From NCBI GenBank assembly GCA_051362555.1, contig CM120640.1, forward strand, positions 496,001 through 560,000: a stretch of DNA of 64,000 nucleotides. The letters are read 5' to 3'. This DNA comes from Lingula anatina. Taxonomy: Eukaryota > Animalia > Brachiopoda. Both the position numbers and the translations under genes were made by a program. Under the pieces are notes generated by a model, which saw only the letters and a list, made by a program, of their open reading frames with translations, did not search any database and was not told the DNA's origin. How positions within the stretch are numbered: the stretch's first letter is position 1; each line of letters opens with the position of its first letter. Shown here piece by piece: positions 60,301-64,000 of the stretch.

Positions 60301-63300
60301 CCTTCCTCCTCTCCCTCAGAGCCCTCATTGCCCAGGTGCTCCGTGTCACTGCCCACTGGGGAGTCTCCACGGATGTAGAAGTTAACAGCATGACTTATAC
60401 TCTCATCTGCTGAGGGAATGTTATTATGGGCAAGATCAGCAGCAGAGCTATTGCCAGCCATCTGGATAGAACTTGAGCTGGACAACAGTGGGTCAGTCTC
60501 AGCATTTGAGGGAGTTCTTTTGTTATGAAGCAAGCCCATGTTGCCAAATTGTTTATTGAGCTGAAGAGATGATATATCATAGGGGGCGCTCATTGACCCA
60601 CTGTTCTGTTCCGTCCCTGTCTCGTTCTCGGCAGCATGTTTGATACTGGTCATAGTGTGATCTACCTGTGGACTATATGACATAGAGTTGACAGCATTCT
60701 TGTAATCATCCTGACTCTGGTACAGCAGCATGTTCTTAGAGACACCAGAGGAACTGTTGAAGCTGTCAGCCAGATCAGCAATCAGTGGAGAACCAGAGCA
60801 GTCTTGAGATTCAGTGGTTTTAGCACCATCAGAACACGTGATAGGAGGGTGGTCTTCAGCTCTCCACTCCGGCCAGTTGATTTTGATTTCTTTCTCCTCC
60901 CCTTCCTTCTTCACTCTGTAGTTTATATGATAATACACAAGGACACTTTTGGCAGCATATATGGTAGGGTGGAGATTAAAGTCGGGGTCGAGGTACAGGC
61001 GGTTTAGATTTATCCCGTTTATGTCCGTTCTATAATGTCCCTTGACAACGCCGTCTGGGTTCAACATTGGGATCATCTTGAATACATACTGTTTGCGTAA
61101 CTGTTGAGCACGAGGGTCATCTTCTCGTAATATGAAGTTCAGAAAGCCATTAAAAACATGACTGGCAGGCGTCTCACCCGGATGTACTCTACTGCTTAGT
61201 ACATACACCTAGGATACAAAGTAAAGGTGTTAACTTCACAGTTATAAATTCAATAGTACATACTCATACAATCACATACTTAGTACATACACCTAGGTTA
61301 CAAAGTAAAGGTGTTAACTTCACAGTTATAAATTCAATAGTACATACTCATACAAACACATACTTAGTACATACACCTAGGTTACAAAGTAAAGGTGTTA
61401 ACTTCACAGTTATAAATTCAATAGTACATACTCATACAAACACATGCTTAGTACATACACCTAGGTTACAAAGTAAAGGTGTTAACTTCACAGTTATAAA
61501 TTCAATAGTACATACTCATACAAACACATACTTAGTACATACACCTAGGATACAAAGTAAAGGTGTTAACTTCACAGTTATAAATTCAATAGTACATACT
61601 CATACAAACACATACTTCAAACATGAGCAAAAACAAAATACAGATGATCAAAAAATTCAGACATGTTTAAAAGTTCTTCAGTGAGAAGGAAAAAATATAA
61701 TGTCAAAGACTTGACCTAAAGGAGTTTGTGTCTTTACAACAGAGTTATGACCACCATCTACTGTACACATATACCACATATACTAATGCAAAATATATGT
61801 GGAAAAGCTTGCAATTTGAACTACTGTTTTTTTTAAGGAGCAAAATACCAATTTTCATACCCTTTTGTTTTTGAACTTCTTGCACCTTGGAGCATCAGGA
61901 TCAGGGAACAGTTTTCCGTCCCACCTGGGCTCCAATTCCTTCTCCATCCCATGACATGAGGTGACAGTGATCAGATCCACCCTCCAGTTGTCCAGAGAGA
62001 AACACAGCAACTCTCTGTGGTAGTAGATACTGGACTCTGGGCTGAAACACAGGATTACACATATAACATTTAATATAAACTATGAAAACAGTCAAAATCT
62101 TACTGTACATGCACTTTGATCACCAAACTGTATTTAATGTTATGCAGGCATGTAGCAAATGGCTATATTCGACATTTCTCGAGGTATATGAACATTCTTT
62201 CTATCTGGGAAGAATTATTCTTATTGACAGGTAATCTTTTGGGTGCACCAAATGGTCTGTAAAGGAAATATCCAAAATTAATAAAAATTTCACCTTTGTT
62301 GGTTGAGATTCTTGCAGTGTTCAAACTTTTTATCCAGGGCTTCCAGCTGCTCTTGGCTCTCCTGATATGACCAGGGGTAGCAGAACGTGAAGTAGGTGGT
62401 GGCACCTCGATACTCCAAGAACCGGTGGGTAAAGCTCAAGATGAAGTCTTTGTCTGCATTCTGGAAAGATAGGATACATATTAGTAACATGTTCTTCATT
62501 TTCATTACAATTCTCATTGATTTTATAAAAAAGTTATTGAATTAAAAATGGGGAGCTAAGTGATGAGAACAAAAATAACACACAAGGGAAACCTTGCACA
62601 CAATATGATGCTTTTAAATAAGAGCAGTTTATATATATATATATGATCACTGCCACATGTAGACAACAGAAACTTATTGATTTGTACTCCAGCAACTAGG
62701 TATAATCCTTTTATTAATCCATGTCATGTAAACTTCATCTAAACTAATGGGGTTCCAAGGGACTAAGATTACACTGCAGATTACACCAGATTTACTTTTA
62801 GTGAAAGGAATCTCACATGTACTTACACAATAAGAAAGCAACAAATATAATAAAAATGAAAGTCTAAGTCAATTGCTTTAGCTACAGGAAACACGTGTGC
62901 AACTTTTAATATGCAATTTACTCGCATCAGTTGCAATCTGAAAATAAAATCTAGGAGTGGGTCCCCATCTCTAGATCGATCTAACAGGATCGATCCATTT
63001 CTGAGGGGTTAATTACCCTCTAGCAGCTTCAATAGGTGTGACAGACATCTAAGATGCCTAAATTGATTGCAATTTAGTGAGAATCCTCTTGGAGATAGAT
63101 TGATCCACAGTTAGTACGACAGGGTCTGGGAATGGCCCTTAGATCAGGTCCTGGGCACAGAATGACATTAATCCAGTAAGCTTAAATTACTTCTCTGTGG
63201 AAGGCTTGTCAACAATTTTCTTTACATGTACATGGTTCACAATTCCACTAATTTAGAGAAGACTCAGAACAGAAGACTCAGTACAGAAGACTCAGAACAT

Positions 63301-63493
63301 ATTCAGACACCATACACACACCTCCCATGTGGGTCTGTCTCTAATCCTCTCCCACTTTGGTTTACCAGGGACAGTCTTCACCAGAGGGGCATGGCCCTGG
63401 CTGTACAGCTTGCCTTGCTTGTTCAGGTTCATGATGTTAATCTTGATGAGGCGACCTGAGGACCCGCCCCGAACACCAAAGTGGAACCAAGTT
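54316..63493 (-). CDS. AGBL5: Cytosolic carboxypeptidase 5 (tubulin deglutamylase), 5'-partial; 14 coding exons in the window
   Basis: Exons 63493-63322, 62460-62294, 62041-61861, 61208-60129, 59839-59670, 59391-59256, 58952-58768, 58457-58273, 58017-57224, 56984-56911, 56654-56371, 55998-55947, 54750-54666, 54411-54316. M14 motifs [73 protein letters not shown] and the insertion before DLHGH are typical of CCP5. Confidence 0.92.
61195..61617 (-). repeat. 84-bp tandem repeat, 5 copies, each containing a complete 3' splice site plus the first 14 nt of the AGBL5 catalytic exon
   Basis: Minus-strand unit ...GAAGTTAACACCTTTACTTTGTATCCTAG|GTGTATGTACTAAG. Plus-strand starts at 61195, 61279, 61363, 61447, 61531. 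The functional exon starts at 61208. Confidence 0.95.
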
Positions 63494-64000
63494 CTGGAAT
63501 GGAGCAACACGTAATTTACCCAAATGAGTAATTAATACCATATTTGCATTTTTTTCAAGTTTTAAAGAATATGTTTTCACACTCTTTAGAATAACTGTTT
63601 GAGTGTTTCAAATAGAAATATGATGCAAATAGAAATAAATAAATACTCCATAAATCAACTGATATTTTCAACAATGCAATATTGCTCCTGTCACCCATTA
63701 TACACAAACCACTGGTCTTGCTTACATCAGAATACAGTTTTAGTTAATTGCTAGATTATATTTTGGAAATTTATATAAAGGTATGATCCAAAGATCAATC
63801 TATCTACTCGTCTTGCAGCATTTCCAATATGCATAAATATTCTGGAAAGCCATGAATTCTAGTTTCACTGAATCCCTTTTACCTTCATGCTGATTATCAA
63901 TGACCACTTTAATCAATAAAACATCAAAGCCTTTATTAAAAGCAGCTCTGTCATGCTCAAAGTATTGTTAGACTAAAAGAATCTATTGACCTTCATATCT

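Overview
AT-rich, intron-containing animal DNA. The gene content and repeat types suggest a lophotrochozoan, probably a mollusc; this is inference. Nine protein-coding genes could be reconstructed by hand with GT-AG splice sites and consistent exon phases. (1) A Cys-rich RFamide (CCRFamide-like) neuropeptide precursor (-). (2) About 19 kb away and divergent, a precursor encoding 17 FWRI/FWRVamide peptides that carries a similar 4-Cys N-terminal motif (+). (3) An 8-exon, 444-aa secreted protein (-), largely missed by the ORF track. Its predicted mature N-terminus is His, and it has an LPMO-like (copper histidine-brace) domain that is not AA15-type, followed by a Pro/Thr linker, a TSP1 repeat and a CBM2-like module. 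This is the strongest candidate for a novel system. (4) RCC1 (-). (5, 6) Intronless SF3B5 and ANAPC15, about 190 bp apart on the same strand, possibly one bicistronic unit. (7) TBPL1/TRF2 (-). (8) A ZFP91/ZNF692/ZNF653-type zinc-finger gene (+) whose intron holds two nested Helentron/HINE-like satellite-carrying elements. (9) The 3' part of AGBL5/CCP5 (-). Three unrelated genes each carry a tandem array that multiplies a real splice site (44, 61 and 84 bp units). Several MITEs and microsatellites are also present. All calls come from manual reading without database searches.
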